DNA of 64,000 nucleotides from Oopsacas minuta. Lineage: Eukaryota > Animalia > Porifera. Shown here piece after piece: positions 14,130 to 26,005 of this stretch (position 1 is its first letter; each line of letters begins with the position of its first letter). The stretch is taken from the NCBI GenBank assembly GCA_024704765.1, contig JAKMXF010000222.1, forward strand, positions 1,301,424-1,365,423. The letters run 5' to 3'. Under the pieces are notes generated by a model that searched no databases, was not told where the DNA came from, and saw only the letters and a program-made list of their open reading frames with translations. Made by a program: the position numbers and the translations under genes.

Positions 14130-14385
14130 TTTCTTTCAGAATACAGTTTCTCTTTGATTATTACCCTTTTTGTTGGCTCTACGTCTACTGCAACATTATT
14201 TTATATACTGATTGGTATTATGCAATTAATCATAAAGAATAATTACATTCTTATACTTTATTGGACGGAAAATTCTCACTTTAATACTATGAGTCTTTAC
14301 CGCGCCGAAATATACTTATATTGACGGAGCCTTCTTTTGAGATTTTGCTCTGTGTTTGCATTATATTCGTAAAACGGCGGATAAA
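14130..14385 (-). mobile_element. Possible decayed GIY-YIG endonuclease remnant (Penelope-like)
   Basis: Minus-strand fragments YNANTEQNLKRRLRQYK and VEPTKRVIIKEKLY resemble YIGxTxxxLKxRxxEH and ExxxxKRxxKE; stops and frameshifts lie between them. Confidence 0.3.
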
Positions 14386-16466
14386 TCTGTATATGATTAA
14401 TTTAAGAACGTAATTAGTCAAGTTTTATTGTTTCTATCTTTCTTGATCTTTATAACTACGATATACTTATTTATAACTTATAAGGCATTTTGGATCCAAA
14501 CTCATACCATGCCATAACTTTCCTTGACAACAAACAACATTCAGTAACCATAATATCCGTTTTTGGCACAGTTACTAATTTTGTAATTTTAGAAAAATCT
14601 CTAGAATACTAAAGTTAACGATTATGATCAATTATCCTCGAGAAGTTACAAATATATTCAAGTTTTTTAGATACCATGACTCCTCTTAGTTTATTTGGCC
14701 ATCATTTAATCGATTTCTCCACTTATTTGGATCAATTTCCAGATACAATTTTGTCCGAGTACTTTTCAAAGTATGCAAAATTATACTACCTTGTTAGTTA
14801 CCATTAAATTATTGGACATTATTAGAATTATAATTCAAAATATTAGAGTATATAAATTCCATTAATCAAGAATGATTATATGCAATGAATTTCTGAAGGA
14901 AATGAATGAGTAATCCTTTGATGATGACTTCATGAAGGATATTTTGCCTCTATTAAAAAAATATACACATGATAAAGGATGAATGTTTATGGGAATGTTA
15001 TATTCTTTAGTTCACATTTAATTACACATCTTTTCCAGGGAGACTAAGATATCTATCAATAATTATTTTAAATACCAAATTATCACTGGTAAATATTCTC
15101 TTATAGTACGTGTATATATTTATTATACCATTTATTGTCCTTTGTTGCTCATTTTGATTTTTTACCAGTTTTATTCTGGTAATTCTTAAAATGGAGTAAA
15201 ACCTCAAAGTAAATATAATCATCTCATTTTATTTTGCACTTTAATGTTTAGATAATATTCTATAATTTTGTTTGACGCAATTCAACTCTGTTTTACCATA
15301 GTTCTTGTCGTCTAATTTGTAATTTCTCGGTTTTGGATGATTTACAGATTATTTATATATGAGATGATAATCGAAAATTTGATTGTTGTTTTGCGTTTTG
15401 ATAAACTGCAAATCTGTAGCACAAGTTGGCCCACTATAGTGACTATACTATCTACCACCCACTCCATGCACTTGAGAACGTTAGTTATTTGGTAATTATT
15501 TATTGTGAAATGTAAAGTCTTAAAAAATTTCTAATTTTAGCGAAAATGTTTAAATATTAATGGAATTCCAATATGTCCTTTTCGTAACCAGTCTCTAAAT
15601 TTACCCAAAGTTGCTATATTTAATTATTCCGTGATTGCCACATTTATTTTATTAACATGTAATTTTGTATTATTCAATCATTAGTGCGGGTTAAGGCGAA
15701 ATTTTAACTATTTTTAGCTTGCATGCCATTTGGTCTCAACTGTTGAGAATAGGATATAATATGTTAATACTTATTTGGTTCCATAATTCTTTTGGTGAGT
15801 TTTTACAATCTTGTGATTCCACCAAAACGCGAAATGATACGATTTACTCCGCAATTGGTTTCCCTCAAAACCTTAAGTATTTCAGTATCATATGGTTTTA
15901 AATACCTCAAAGGAAAATGGTATCTACAGATGATATCCAAGAGAAATTCTCACGTCTTGCTAATTTAAATATATTCTAGATTGTATTAGATCAGGGGTAG
16001 GCACACATTTTTCCACGAGTCTCACATATCTTGTCCTAATATTTAGCGCGGGCCATTCTAATCCCTAAAAACCTAAATTATAATACAAATAGATGAGTAT
16101 AGGCTAGAGGATTATAGTCCAGCAAATTAAATCAATTAATGACTAAAAATAATCAAATATGACGACATCAATTTATATTTTCGAAATATTATGGAATCAT
16201 TTGCGGGCTACTAAATATTTCTAACTGGTAAGCGAGATAATTTGTAATAATAAGGTTATGTTTTAATGCTTTATTCTTGATCTAATTTCAAATTTTTGGC
16301 ATCCAAATCAATTAAAGTGATAAATAGATTAGCAGCTTCGTTTTACGAATTTTAAAGAAAACGAATATACGGCGCTACATACGGTCTCATAATTTGGACG
16401 TTCCCCCTCCTACCATAATTTAAAGTTGAACCATTAATTATTGAAAATATTTTCATAGTTTATTTA

Positions 16467-16643
16467 CAGGGGCCTTATTAGCTAAAATTCTAAGAATTAT
16501 TCTTATCTTAATTCTAAGTGTATTTCTAAGAATAATTCTAAGAATTCATGAATTATTCTTAGTTTTCGTTAAGAATTCTTAACTTGGCTATACTTAACGG
16601 ATTCTAAGAATTATTCTTAGAATTTTAGTTAATAAGGCCCCTG
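16467..16643. mobile_element. MITE with ~38-bp terminal inverted repeats
   Basis: caggggccttattagctaaaattctaagaattattctt versus the reverse complement of the right end: 2 mismatches; no clear TSD. Confidence 0.75.
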
Positions 16644-17396
16644 GACCTGAAAACAAATTTTATAATTTATTAAATGTTAGAGATGAAATGAAAATGGAAT
16701 TCATTTTCAATCAAACGTACTGATTACTTTTACAGCATGGATGCCAGGGTTGTCGTAGGAAGGAATTTCAATTCCTGTTCCCATAGGATAACTACGATTC
16801 CCATTCCCACGGCAACCCTGAATTGGGTGCATACCGGATGAATGGAAGATGAAATGACCAAAATGGATTTTTTGATCTGCGCACCATTAAACGATGAGTG
16901 ATTTTGTAATTTGTTATGTCGCTAACATTTTACAAAATCGGACTAATGAGGGGTCATAGGACCTTATTAAGTGGTTGTAATGCAATGTTATCCTCATATC
17001 TTGAAAACCTAAGTAGGTCCAATTTGCAATTGATAATATAAAGAGGTTTAATTGTTCCAAAATGTGAATAATATACACTATCCTTATGATGAAATTCAGA
17101 AAGAAATATTGTATCAGAATTTCGCAGTTCAGACTTCAGAGCGCTCCTAGGCCTGTTGTCAGGATACCTTCTTACATCCTCCACTAAGTCTAGTAAGCAT
17201 TTTCCTACATTGACATCCCATTTACCTCCCCTATGTAGCTTGGTAATTCTTTCTCTTAGTTATCCGAGATGACCTCAAATTCATCTAATTTAGCATTCTA
17301 TTACAGAAACCATATCGTAGGAGAACATAGCAAAGATTCAATCATTGATTTTAGCATCAAGGGAAAACTGATTATCACTACCATCACACTTTTTAG

Positions 17397-17630
17397 TGCA
17401 GCTCCTATTGGGAGATGCCCTAATGGCATGGACGATATGCGACGTCCGTACGTCCGTGCGGCCGTGCGAAATCTAGTAGTCCAATTAACATGAAAATTGG
17501 CATACATATACATTTTGGGTCGGAGATTGCACCTCAGGTATGAATTTTTCTAAACTGAATATTTCACACTTTTCTATTTAAATTAGAAAAGCAAGCTAGA
17601 GATTAGGTTTTCAACATGTTGTCAGGGGTC
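17397..17630 (+). mobile_element. Repeat family B copy
   Basis: gcagctcctat..gggagatgccctaat..cgatatgcgac..cgtccgt..gtgcgaaatctag..tcaacatgttgtcagggg, shared with 6607-6834. Confidence 0.6.
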
Positions 17631-18047
17631 ATATGATTTGAGGATAAAAACATGAAGTATATTAGGGGATGAATAATATTGAATATCCTGAAATATTTAT
17701 GATCCGCGAGCCCAAAACCAGTCGGGTCCGGTGCATTGCGGCATCTACACGGGGGTCATGGGGGGGGGGCGTGTAAAAGATTTATACCTTATATGGGAGA
17801 CAGATTACTACAATTGGTAAAATATGCAAATTTGTAAGATTGGGTAAATTCGCACCGATCTCTCATCTAGTACTTTTCACTATATTGTTACTGATATCTA
17901 AGTTGTTTTGCGTAAATTTCTCTTCAGGAATTGTTAAAAATTCTGCAGGAAATTGCTACTTTAGAGAATGCGCTGTAGTGTATACTTCTTAGTTTTAGAG
18001 TCATTATTAGTTTATTGGCTGTACAACTTTCTGATCTAATTTAGCTA

Positions 18048-18629
18048 ATGGAAAATTTGGGCGATGAGATACAATCTGGACATCCTACATCTGTCACAAT
18101 ATTTCAACAAGCTAGAAGCACCATTGAACAAGACGTAAATATGATCATTCAAAGTCTAAAATGCAAAATGGTTGAAATGTTTGCTGAGATTAATAGACTA
18201 GAGCAGGAATTTGTTAGTAAACAACAACACCTCTCAACTAATTTATATACTCTTGAAACATTGAAAATCAAGACAGAGGATGAACTAGGAGACAATAGTC
18301 TAGCAGAAGTACAGATTAAAGTTATTGATAATTTACAAGAGGGAATAAACAAAATATCTTTAGAAATAAGAAATACTCCTGACTTTAAGATTTCATTCAA
18401 ATGGAGGATAAATATGGAGCAATTATTACAGAATATACAAATGTCTTCAATAGAGATTAAGAAGGTGATTATACCAGATCCCTTACTTCCTACCTCTCAA
18501 CATCTCCACAACGGGGATAGAAATATTAATCATATGACGAATGATGAATATTATAATGAACCAATTATTGAGGATGAGGATGAGTTATCCTCAGATGATA
18601 ATTTAAGAACATTCCATTTATCGCTCTAA
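18048..18629 (+). CDS. Coiled-coil-only protein related to the N-terminus of RING-less TRIM/NHL proteins, 193 aa, acidic tail
   Basis: Heptad helical region ending ISFKWRINMEQLLQNI; clear paralog of 20266-21021 (IFQQAR/IFKQAR, DNSLAEV/ANNLSEV). Confidence 0.7.
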   Translation: MENLGDEIQSGHPTSVTIFQQARSTIEQDVNMIIQSLKCKMVEMFAEINRLEQEFVSKQQHLSTNLYTLETLKIKTEDELGDNSLAEVQIKVIDNLQEGINKISLEIRNTPDFKISFKWRINMEQLLQNIQMSSIEIKKVIIPDPLLPTSQHLHNGDRNINHMTNDEYYNEPIIEDEDELSSDDNLRTFHLSL

Positions 18630-19059
18630 ATCACATTTTAATATTAATTTAACTTTTTATCTGCTAGATTGCTAGTACAGCGGATTCTAAGTTCAAACTT
18701 TACTCATTTTTAGATTCAATTCTTACAATTGAGATTATGACAGTTGTTATTGTGGTATTTACTGATCCTTTACCTAGTCTAGTGTCCCTAACTAACTATT
18801 CAGTATCTACTATCTAGTATCTACCAGCCTGTGAGGGGACATCGTAGCCTCCTAGTGGATGGATTACATATAAAGATAATTTGACTACAGTGGAACGTCA
18901 GTTATCCGAACATGATGGGATCGAGAGGGGTTCGGATAACGGATATTACTGAACTCTTAACCTGGATACCTTCGAAATCGTGAGATTCGTAAAAAATCTC
19001 TCGATTCTATCTTGAGATTTACAATCTAGTATTAGTTCCCTGAATTTCATAGGCTATTT

Positions 19060-19900
19060 CCTCCCAGCAGTTGAAATTTCAATACAGAGCAGAAATAGTT
19101 TCACGTATATAAAAGTTATACCCAAAACTAAGCCAAATCCTAACAACCATTTATCTCTTGATGGTTTGGATAGCCTTCCTGTTACAATTTCCGACAGTCC
19201 AGGAACACAAATTGAACAAGATGGAAGTACGTACAAAAATTCATTTTAAAGTTGCTACGCTTATTGAACGCTCGTTTTATTATAAAGTTTCACTACACAA
19301 ATTATCATTTGTGGCACTGCTGAATCCGACCTATGATTTTGTATGTCTCAAAGGTTTCACTATTGATAATATATCTTAGTACATCTTAGTAGCTGATGGT
19401 GGTCATTATCGAATTTTGATATCTTCCAATGGAGGCCATTTTATCAGGACCATCACCCATCCACTTGACAAGCCTCACAGGCTTTGTATAATCAACTGCA
19501 TGGTCGTCTTCTCCGCCCAATGGAATGGCATTACTTGACGTTACTTGATACAGGGTCTTTGAAATGTCAAAAACAATGCTTGCTAGAATAGGTAAATTGG
19601 AGCAAAAGTTAAGTTGAACACACAAAAGTTACGAACTACTATCATTGAAAAAGACTATTAGTCCAAACAGAGGCTGGCCAGACCTAATTATTATTTCTCA
19701 GAATTTCCAAGAAGGAAGATAACCCGTGATTATGTAATTGATATAAATTGGTGAATGAATGTGGAGAAATCGCTAGAAGACAGAGGATATTCCTCAATGA
19801 AGGTGGATAATATGATTTTATGAGTTCCCTTAGATATTGGCAGATTGGGGACTTAAAACTGTCCTGGCAAATAGTACTGAACCTACTACGCTCATCAACT
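19060..19900 (+). pseudogene. Decayed NHL-repeat gene fragment
   Basis: CLKGFTIDNIS*YILVADGGHYRILISSNGGHFIRTITHPLDKPHRLCII matches an NHL blade; in-frame TAG at 19377-19379 and frameshifts; end points approximate. Confidence 0.6.
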
Positions 19901-20265
19901 CACGCTACCAGCCCATTTGTCAAACGGGCTGCCCGGTGTCCCTGAGCCACGCTACTGCCCTTGGATCTTATCAACTTCTCCAGAGTAAAAATTATACACA
20001 GACAATTGATGATTTGAGTTTTGGGCTTTTAGAAGCATTTTATTTAAATCCATAGACGACTTTTCATTCACTTTATATGAAGTAAACGTACGTCATTCAC
20101 GTATACGTATATTTACAACTTTTTTAGGCTAAAATATTCTTTTTGTTTACTATCTTATTAATAAATCCCTATTCACTGCCTCATGAACTATATTATGGTT
20201 ATACATAGTTACTGAGCTGCTTTCAAATACTTTAATACATCTTACACAATTAGATTCAACAACCT

Positions 20266-21021
20266 ATGGCCAATTCTGACAACCGTGAATCAGCTGCGAT
20301 GATTTTCAAACAAGCAAGATATATAGTTGAACATGATATTAACCAGATTATTTATTGTCTACATCACAAAAAATTAGAATTATTTTCACAAATCGATATT
20401 TTAGAAAAGGATTATTTTTCCAAGCGAAATGAAATGCACAAAAGTTTGAATACCCTGAACTCATTGAAGCCACGAATTGAAGTGGATCTAGCTGCTAATA
20501 ACTTGTCCGAGGTACATGACAAAGTAACTGATGGACTCAAAGGTGGGATTAACAAACTAAATTTAGATATAGTACATACGAGAAAACCCGGCAAGATTGA
20601 AATCAAATGGGGAATGGCTTTGAGGACGTTACTTTCGAATATTCAAAAGTCTACGGTCGCAGTAATCAAGACCTCCCCTGAACCAACAGCACAAACACGA
20701 ACACAAACCAATAATAAGCCAAAGCATGGACAGCCAAACTCCAAACCGAAATTGAAACCTTCTTGGGCAGATGATCGCGATGATAAAGATAATCCTTGGG
20801 AAAATACTGAACCTTCTTGGGCAAATAATCTCTGTGATATAGGTAATCCTTGGGAAATTACTGAACCTTCTTGGGCAGATGATCACGATGATATAGATAA
20901 TCCTTGGGAAGTTACTGAACCTTCTTGGGCAGATGATCACGATGATATAGATAATCTTTGGGAAAATACTGAACTTTCTTGGGCAGATGATCATGATGAT
21001 ATAGAACTTTGGGAAAATTAA
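20266..21021 (+). CDS. Coiled-coil protein with C-terminal acidic Trp-rich 18-aa repeats, 251 aa
   Basis: Paralog of 18048-18629 (IEIKWGMALRTLLSNI); tail of (SWADDHDDIDNPWENTEP)-type repeats. Confidence 0.75.
   Translation: MANSDNRESAAMIFKQARYIVEHDINQIIYCLHHKKLELFSQIDILEKDYFSKRNEMHKSLNTLNSLKPRIEVDLAANNLSEVHDKVTDGLKGGINKLNLDIVHTRKPGKIEIKWGMALRTLLSNIQKSTVAVIKTSPEPTAQTRTQTNNKPKHGQPNSKPKLKPSWADDRDDKDNPWENTEPSWANNLCDIGNPWEITEPSWADDHDDIDNPWEVTEPSWADDHDDIDNLWENTELSWADDHDDIELWEN
20761..21018 (+). repeat. 54-bp coding tandem repeat, ~4.8 copies
   Basis: TCTTGGGCA recurs at 20761, 20815 and onward every 54 bp, in frame. Confidence 0.9.
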
Positions 21022-22071
21022 AATCCAGAACCTAGGTATCTTTTTATAAGTGATTTTGTATTAGTCATATCTACAAGTCTTTATCGAATTTTGTGTTTAG
21101 ATTATCTACGTTATTCACGTAATATTCTAATTCTGCATTGTATATGTTTTTCCAGCGTTTCTCAACCTTTTTTCGAACTGTGGCATGCTCTTTCATCTCT
21201 AATTTATGAAGGCACACCTTTCAAGGGTGAATTCAATTTTAGTTCAACCGTAGTGTCAAAATTTATAGATTAGAGTTACTTTCAATACCATTTATATCTA
21301 AATATTCGTTTTTATGTTTCTAGTTCTTCTTGGCTATTAGTAATTTCATCTCCAGAGTTCCTGAAAATAAGCTCTAAAGCATTATTAAGAAATTTGTTTT
21401 ATGCAAGTGACATTTTCTGGCACTGTTAACCTTAGGTGTTTAGACCTTTCATAGGATATTTCGTACCAGCAGCTCAGGTTAATGAGAGGGAGGTAGTTTA
21501 GTTTGTTTATTGCTTATTGTACAAGTAAATATCTGGTACGAAAGTTTTCAATTTGTCAGTGTATGGGGTAGAGGTAGAGTCGTTGGTTTAGCTACATGTA
21601 AGATTTCATAGTGGAAATCCGCGCTGCTAGGAGCTTAATATAGAATGTTTTAATGGATTGGTGGACGGAAGCGAAAACTCCATCTATGAGCTGTGCTAGT
21701 TTATTGTATGTGGGAGATAGCTGGTGTTGGCTTTTCTATGAATTGATGCTCTGTGTAGGATTGTATGTAGTTGGATAGATGGGGATGTTTTGGATTTTGG
21801 AGGAGCTGGGGTTGGTATGACTTGGCGTCGAATTTGAGACACGCTGGACAAAAGTACCAAATTTTGTATACTTAGTCATAGGTTATGACGTAGTCTACAT
21901 GACCCCTGCATCAAATTTTTCCGCGGCCCAGCGTCGATCGGATACATTTTCAATCCAAAATTGCATTTATTAATTTGCGGCTGTTTGCTAATTCGCCGAT
22001 ACATCCCCATGTGTCAACCATTTCATTGAATCAACCACCAGATTCGTACTCAGCGTACACTTTTCCATCAG

Positions 22072-22779
22072 TTTGATGGGTCACTTGACCATATTTGGAC
22101 ATATTTTCCTCGCAACGCTGGAATGTACAAACATTCCATTATCAAAATTTGTCCTAACCCCATCGAGTGACCCCTCGTTCTACCGGACAGGCGAGCTGAG
22201 TCTAGTTATGCCCATGTCAACCTCTAAATGATCTATTAATGCTATTTTACTAGATCGACCTCCTCGGTCTCTCAATTTTCTTCATATTTTATAATTTTTC
22301 ATGAACACAAGATTTTATTGCATATTTTGTAATAATTCGTAGCTATAAATTGATTCATTTCCGTATGGTGTAGATCTTGGTACCAAATATTTATGCTAGA
22401 TGTCAAGAAAGACTGTGTATTTGAATAGTCGATATAACCTCGGAGGTAACTCGTTTGCATGGGGATGGACGATATTCTATTCATTGGGAAGTCGATCGAT
22501 TGCCCCAAAAGGATACATGAAATAGTTTAGACAATCAACCGACTTCCCAATGGATTGAGTCTTTTGAGGGAGCGCGGAGGTCAATCTTGTAAAATCGTAT
22601 TCAAAGATCATTTATAGGTCGATATGGGCATAACTAGACTCAGCTCGCATAGCCACGTCGAAAAGGGTCACTCGATGAGGTTAAGACAAATTTTGAGAAT
22701 GGAATGTTTGTGCATTCCTGGCACATTCCTGCGTTGCTAGGAAAAATATCTCCAAATATGGTCAAGGTGACCCATCAAA
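22072..22779. repeat. Long inverted repeat (foldback/MULE-like non-autonomous element); arms ~22072-22275 and ~22563-22779
   Basis: Arms align as reverse complements, e.g. gcgagctgagtctagttatgcccat / atgggcataactagactcagctcgc; roughly 80% identity by eye. Confidence 0.8.
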
Positions 22780-22899
22780 TTGGTCTGGTTTCGAACTTTT
22801 GGGAGCTCCTGTTGGGTGTGAGAAGGGGTGTATTACCGGCCTTGAGGGTGCACTCGGTAGCAGAGGCGATCCTAATAGAAGTAGGTTGTCGTTGGCTGG

Positions 22900-23760
22900 A
22901 AGGCTTCGCCTTGAAGACTGCAGGGTGAGAAGAAGTGTGTGATTTTTCGGCAATTGTTAGCAGTTATTATCTTGCACTGGTAGTTCAGAATTGTTAAATT
23001 AAGGAGTGCTAATAGGATGGAACAGAAAGAAGGAGTTGATATAATTAACTTCACTTCTTCATTATTTTCACCACAAAGGTATGAGCATTGTCTGTACAGA
23101 TTCCTGATGGATGTTATAAAGCTTCTTTCTGAGAACATTTTCCACTAGGCAGAATATCTGGACTCTGCCTGTATAGAAGTCAGTTACAAAGATTATATCA
23201 TTGAGATTATATATGTCATATCCCGCGGATTATTTAGTTGATTGTCTAGCTTTTATTTATCACACGAACTCCCCTTGACTGGTCTAGGATCTCTTTTTTT
23301 CAAGTCACATCTTTCTCTGCTCACAAGTATACAGGGTATTGATGCTCTTTCTCAACTCATTTACTCTCCGTATTAGTTTCACGGAGGGAATATTATAATT
23401 CATTCCTCTTTTCATGGACTCGATTGTTTCATTTATTTGGTCGAAAGTTTTATCCAATTCTTTGACTGTTTTCTCTATTTCAGTTGTGTGTGTGTTTTCA
23501 CTCTTTTTGGTAATTTCTCTTGCCTGTTATTGCTTATAAGCTTCATACCAACTTCCAGCTCTCCTGAAATCAACTGAGTCTTTTCTTCAATCAGCAGTTT
23601 CGTTTCATCACTAACTCTCCTCACTAAGAGTACACGTAGTGACTTTTTGTCGATTACTTCTCTGAGTACATTCATTCTGTCCAGCTGATTGCTGACTTCA
23701 AGGTAACGGATCCACAATCTGGATTGCAATTATTGTGCGATTCTATCATTTCTGAGTTAC
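22900..23760 (-). pseudogene. Decayed coiled-coil + NHL gene
   Basis: Minus strand: coiled coil (23475-23729 ORF), IPSVKLIRRVNELRKSI (family Trp read as CGG), QLNNPRDMTY, IIFVTDFYTGRVQIF, L*HPSGICTDNAHTFVV; several stops and frameshifts. Confidence 0.65.
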
Positions 23761-24099
23761 TAACAATAGTTCTAAAGCAGTTACTGCTAATGAACTAATG
23801 AAGAAAGTGGCTTAAGTATATAGGCTGAATTGATATAAATGAATTTATCAATATAAGCAATCACGTAACTGTCCCTTTTGGCCAGCGCCCCGGCTGAATA
23901 CTGACCAGTACGTATTAATTTACATATTGCGAGTCTCATATAAAAGAGACTCAGTTTACTCAAATGATTTTGAAGTATGAAAGATTTTGCATTTTTTATA
24001 CACTATACTCTCCTATTCACTATGTTATAGATTAGTCAATAGAGCAAGAGATAAAACTTTGTACAAGCATAGATACATTCAGAAGAGAACATATTGCCA

Positions 24100-25659
24100 A
24101 TGGAAATCGAATTGTCAGAGATTCGAACTAAGATAGTAAACCATTTCAAATTTTCTGGTTTCAATTTGAAACAGGAAGTTGCTGACAAATTGAGTAGAAT
24201 GTTGAAGAAGTGTTCTTCTCCAGAAGATGTACAAGAAGCCCTAGAGAAGATAACAGATGTAATCCTGGAGCGTGGTATTACTTCTACACTCATTGACATT
24301 AACCTCTTGGAGCAAGTACTCCAGGAAGCTGTTAGTATAAACGAACCTCAAGATTATATATTTGTATATGATGCTTTTTATTTTCCGAAATTCTCATACA
24401 ACTGTGACTTGAAGAAGTTTGTGAAATGTAAATTAGAACCTCTCTCACTCCACCCAGAAGCTGCTAGTAAGATATCTTTATTCAGAGAAAGATACAACAT
24501 TGTATTACAGATCTTACAGAGACACGATTTGTTTTCTGTACGATCTTTAGCTTCTGCTAATAACGAGAAATATTCTCTTACAACTACAGAAGCACTAATA
24601 GGTAGTTCTAGTAGTGACTCTTGTATCATATTAGGAATGTTGGTACAGTTGAAAGAGGGAGAGTACCATCTGGAAGACCTCACTGGTACTGTTAAGCTAG
24701 ACCTCACGATAGCATCTTACCAGAAGGGAATATTCTCAGAGAATTCTATTATAATTGTAGAAGGTTGTTATGAAGATAAAGTATTACTGGCTAAAGCTAT
24801 TGGTTTCCCTCCTTTTGAATCTGCACAAAAAACAGTGAATTATTTCGGTAATATTAATTTCTTTGGAGGAAACTCTTCTGCTTGTCCTAAAGCTTCTGCA
24901 CAGCTGAGAGATTTAGAAGATACACTTGTAAATTCTTTTTTTGTTGTTATTTCTGATATTTGGTTGGATATTCCACAAGTTTTAAGTAAACTAAAAGTAT
25001 TATTTGATGGATATTCTGATAATCCTCCTACCGCCTTCATACTTATCGGCAACTTCTCTTCTGAACCTTACGGAACTTTACACTACCAGAGAAGCAAGGA
25101 TACTTTCAAACAGCTGGCTATACTCATCGCTATGTTCCCGAACATCCAAGAGAAGAGTCATTTTATTATTATCCCTGGTCCAGAAGATGTTGGTCCAGGT
25201 AACATATTCCCTAAACCAGCATTGCCCAGCTCTATTCAAGCAGAATTTAAGAAAAGAGTGCCTCTAGCGAAATTCACTACAAATCCTAGCAGAATACAAT
25301 TATGCACTAAAGAGATTGTAATCATTAGAGACGATCTCCTCAAGAAGTTATGTAGTGGAGCAATACACTTCTCTTCCAGTGCAGATATACCCGATCACTT
25401 AACTCACACTATCCTCTCACAGGCGTACTTGTGTCCTCTCCCTATTCATTCCCGTCCTATCTATTGGGAGTATAGTCATTCTCTGTCTCTCTATCCAATC
25501 CCTGACTTCCTTATACTTGCGGACAGATATACACATTTTAGTGTTTGTATGAATGACTGCACTTGTGTTAATCCAGGTCCTTTCTCACAGAATGAATTCT
25601 ACTTCAGTGCTATTTATCCTGTTACTGGAGTGGTGGAGGATTGTTTAGTCCCGTTATAG
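24100..25659 (+). CDS. POLE2: DNA polymerase epsilon subunit 2, intronless
   Basis: FLRERY-like LFRERY, ILGMLVQLKEGEYHLEDLTG, SDIWLD, FIIIPGPEDVGPGNIFPKP, NPSRIQLCTKEIVIIRDDL, CVNPGPF; ATG at 24100 preferred over TTG at 24094. Confidence 0.95.
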   Translation: MEIELSEIRTKIVNHFKFSGFNLKQEVADKLSRMLKKCSSPEDVQEALEKITDVILERGITSTLIDINLLEQVLQEAVSINEPQDYIFVYDAFYFPKFSYNCDLKKFVKCKLEPLSLHPEAASKISLFRERYNIVLQILQRHDLFSVRSLASANNEKYSLTTTEALIGSSSSDSCIILGMLVQLKEGEYHLEDLTGTVKLDLTIASYQKGIFSENSIIIVEGCYEDKVLLAKAIGFPPFESAQKTVNYFGNINFFGGNSSACPKASAQLRDLEDTLVNSFFVVISDIWLDIPQVLSKLKVLFDGYSDNPPTAFILIGNFSSEPYGTLHYQRSKDTFKQLAILIAMFPNIQEKSHFIIIPGPEDVGPGNIFPKPALPSSIQAEFKKRVPLAKFTTNPSRIQLCTKEIVIIRDDLLKKLCSGAIHFSSSADIPDHLTHTILSQAYLCPLPIHSRPIYWEYSHSLSLYPIPDFLILADRYTHFSVCMNDCTCVNPGPFSQNEFYFSAIYPVTGVVEDCLVPL

Positions 25660-26005
25660 AATACCTTGATTGTCTATTTTATTCATTTCTGGTTTTATTG
25701 CAATATTATATTAGATATTGTTATGTGTAAGCTGAATTGACTTTTTGCAATTGTAAAATATTTGATTTCAAATGTTGTAGAAGAGATTATAATTCGTCGA
25801 TTCTCCAAAAGGAAAATCTAAGCCCTGTCCCAACTTTAGATTTGCACACACTCTCTGATAACTGTATTGTAGATGATGCTGATTGATACTTTAATTGTTC
25901 GAATCAATCACAATCAGTAATTTGTGTGCCAATTTGGGAAAACAACAGACAAGTTTATCTAAATTTAGTTTATATGATTGATTATCCATTTTATTCTATA
26001 GCAGT

